A DNA stretch of 32,000 bases from Horticoccus luteus (GTDB lineage Bacteria > Verrucomicrobiota > Verrucomicrobiia > Opitutales > Opitutaceae), in NCBI RefSeq assembly GCF_019464535.1, contig NZ_CP080507.1, forward strand, positions 3,990,001 to 4,022,000, read 5' to 3'. Position 1 is the stretch's first letter, and every line of letters starts with the position of its first letter. The notes beneath the pieces are model-generated. The model was not told where the DNA came from. It ran no database searches and saw only the letters and a list, made by a program, of their open reading frames with translations. Shown in pieces: positions 31,232-32,000 of the stretch. The position numbers were made by a program, and so were the translations under genes.

Positions 31232-32000
31232 TCAGCTCGCCGCGCGCACCGCGATGGGCTCGATCGTTCGAATCACACCCAGCCGGCCGATCAGGGCGCA
31301 GACCACGACAAACGCCACCAGATGCACGAACGCGCACACGGCGAAGACGGGCGTGAACGACACGTTCTGCACCGTCCAGCCGATCGCGAGTTGCGTGCCG
31401 ATGCCCGCGACGCCACCGAGCGCCCCCGCGAAACCCGACACCGAACCGATGACGTGATTGGGCAAAACTTCCGCGGGCAACGTCATGTTGGCCCACGCGC
31501 CGTGACTGAACATCGCGATGCTGATCAGCGCCACCGCGAGCGCCGGGCTGGCGACCTGCGTTATCAACAGGCAACAGACCGGCATCAGGCAGGAAGCGAT
31601 CAGCATGACGCCTTTACGGGCGCGGTTGAGCGTCCAGCCGTGCCGGATCAGAGCCGCGGGCACGGCACCGCCGGCGAGGTTGCCCACCGCGGCGGCGACG
31701 AAAGGGATCCAGCTATATAAACCGAGTTCCGCCAGATTGAAGCCGCGTTCCTGTTGGAGGAATTTCGGCGTCCAGAAAATGAAGAAATATGAAATCGGAT
31801 CCGTCAGCACGCGGGCCAGAATGCAGCCCCACGCCTGACGCGTCGCCAGCAGTCTCCTGATCGACACGCGCGGTCGCACGGCGGGCGGCGGCGTGCCTTC
31901 CTCGATCAGTGCCAGCTCCTCGGCACTGAGCAACGGGTGATCGCGCGGCTGGCGGTAGAGGACCGTCCACAACACCAGCCAGACCAGCCCGAGCACGCCG
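31232..32000 (-). CDS. MFS transporter (hexuronate/ACS-family-like), C-terminal part; 5' end beyond the window
   Basis: Multiple TM helices and the motif LARVLTDPISYFFIFWTPKFL. The ORF is open to the window edge. Confidence 0.8.
   Translation of the reverse strand, partial: GVLGLVWLVLWTVLYRQPRDHPLLSAEELALIEEGTPPPAVRPRVSIRRLLATRQAWGCILARVLTDPISYFFIFWTPKFLQQERGFNLAELGLYSWIPFVAAAVGNLAGGAVPAALIRHGWTLNRARKGVMLIASCLMPVCCLLITQVASPALAVALISIAMFSHGAWANMTLPAEVLPNHVIGSVSGFAGALGGVAGIGTQLAIGWTVQNVSFTPVFAVCAFVHLVAFVVVCALIGRLGVIRTIEPIAVRAAS

Overview
GC-rich chromosome segment from a diderm bacterium (lipoprotein boxes, a Tat signal and TolC-family proteins are present). The taxon cannot be determined from the sequence alone. 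It has three parts.

(1) Positions 1-5263 look like core genes: a PoxB-like TPP enzyme (partial), two secreted hypotheticals, a LysR regulator, an SDR oxidoreductase, and tRNA-Glu(UUC) with a strong terminator.

(2) Positions ~5.3-25.7 kb are an accessory mosaic directly abutting the tRNA. I found no integrase and no tRNA-derived direct repeat. It contains:
- an orphan 347-aa gene and a RadC-like JAB gene;
- a large copper/heavy-metal module: a CnrYXH-like anti-sigma/sensor/ECF-sigma operon, a secreted Cys-motif protein, a decayed outer-membrane-protein pseudogene, a YHS protein, a DUF2231-like membrane protein, a TolC-family lipoprotein, a Tat multicopper oxidase, a BNR propeller with a CECC motif, a CorE-like Cys-rich ECF sigma, and a CopA P1B-ATPase;
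- a decayed DUF932-like conjugative-element gene flanked by three perfect hairpins;
- two divergent operons that are the most interesting part of the window. The plus-strand operon is a translationally coupled four-gene ubiquitin-like conjugation cassette: a beta-grasp Ubl ending in Gly, an E2-like protein, a JAMM/JAB-E1 fusion, and a small Cys/His protein. The minus-strand operon encodes an ECF-like sigma, a 128-aa unknown, an ImmA/IrrE metalloprotease, and an HNH nuclease fused to a glycine-zipper tail;
- a 12-copy 21-bp tandem repeat at the right edge.

(3) Positions 25.8-32 kb are core carbon metabolism: gnd, zwf, a HAD hydrolase, class I aldolase, ribokinase, and a partial MFS transporter.

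Many long ORFs in the six-frame track are antisense or out-of-frame GC artefacts and were rejected.
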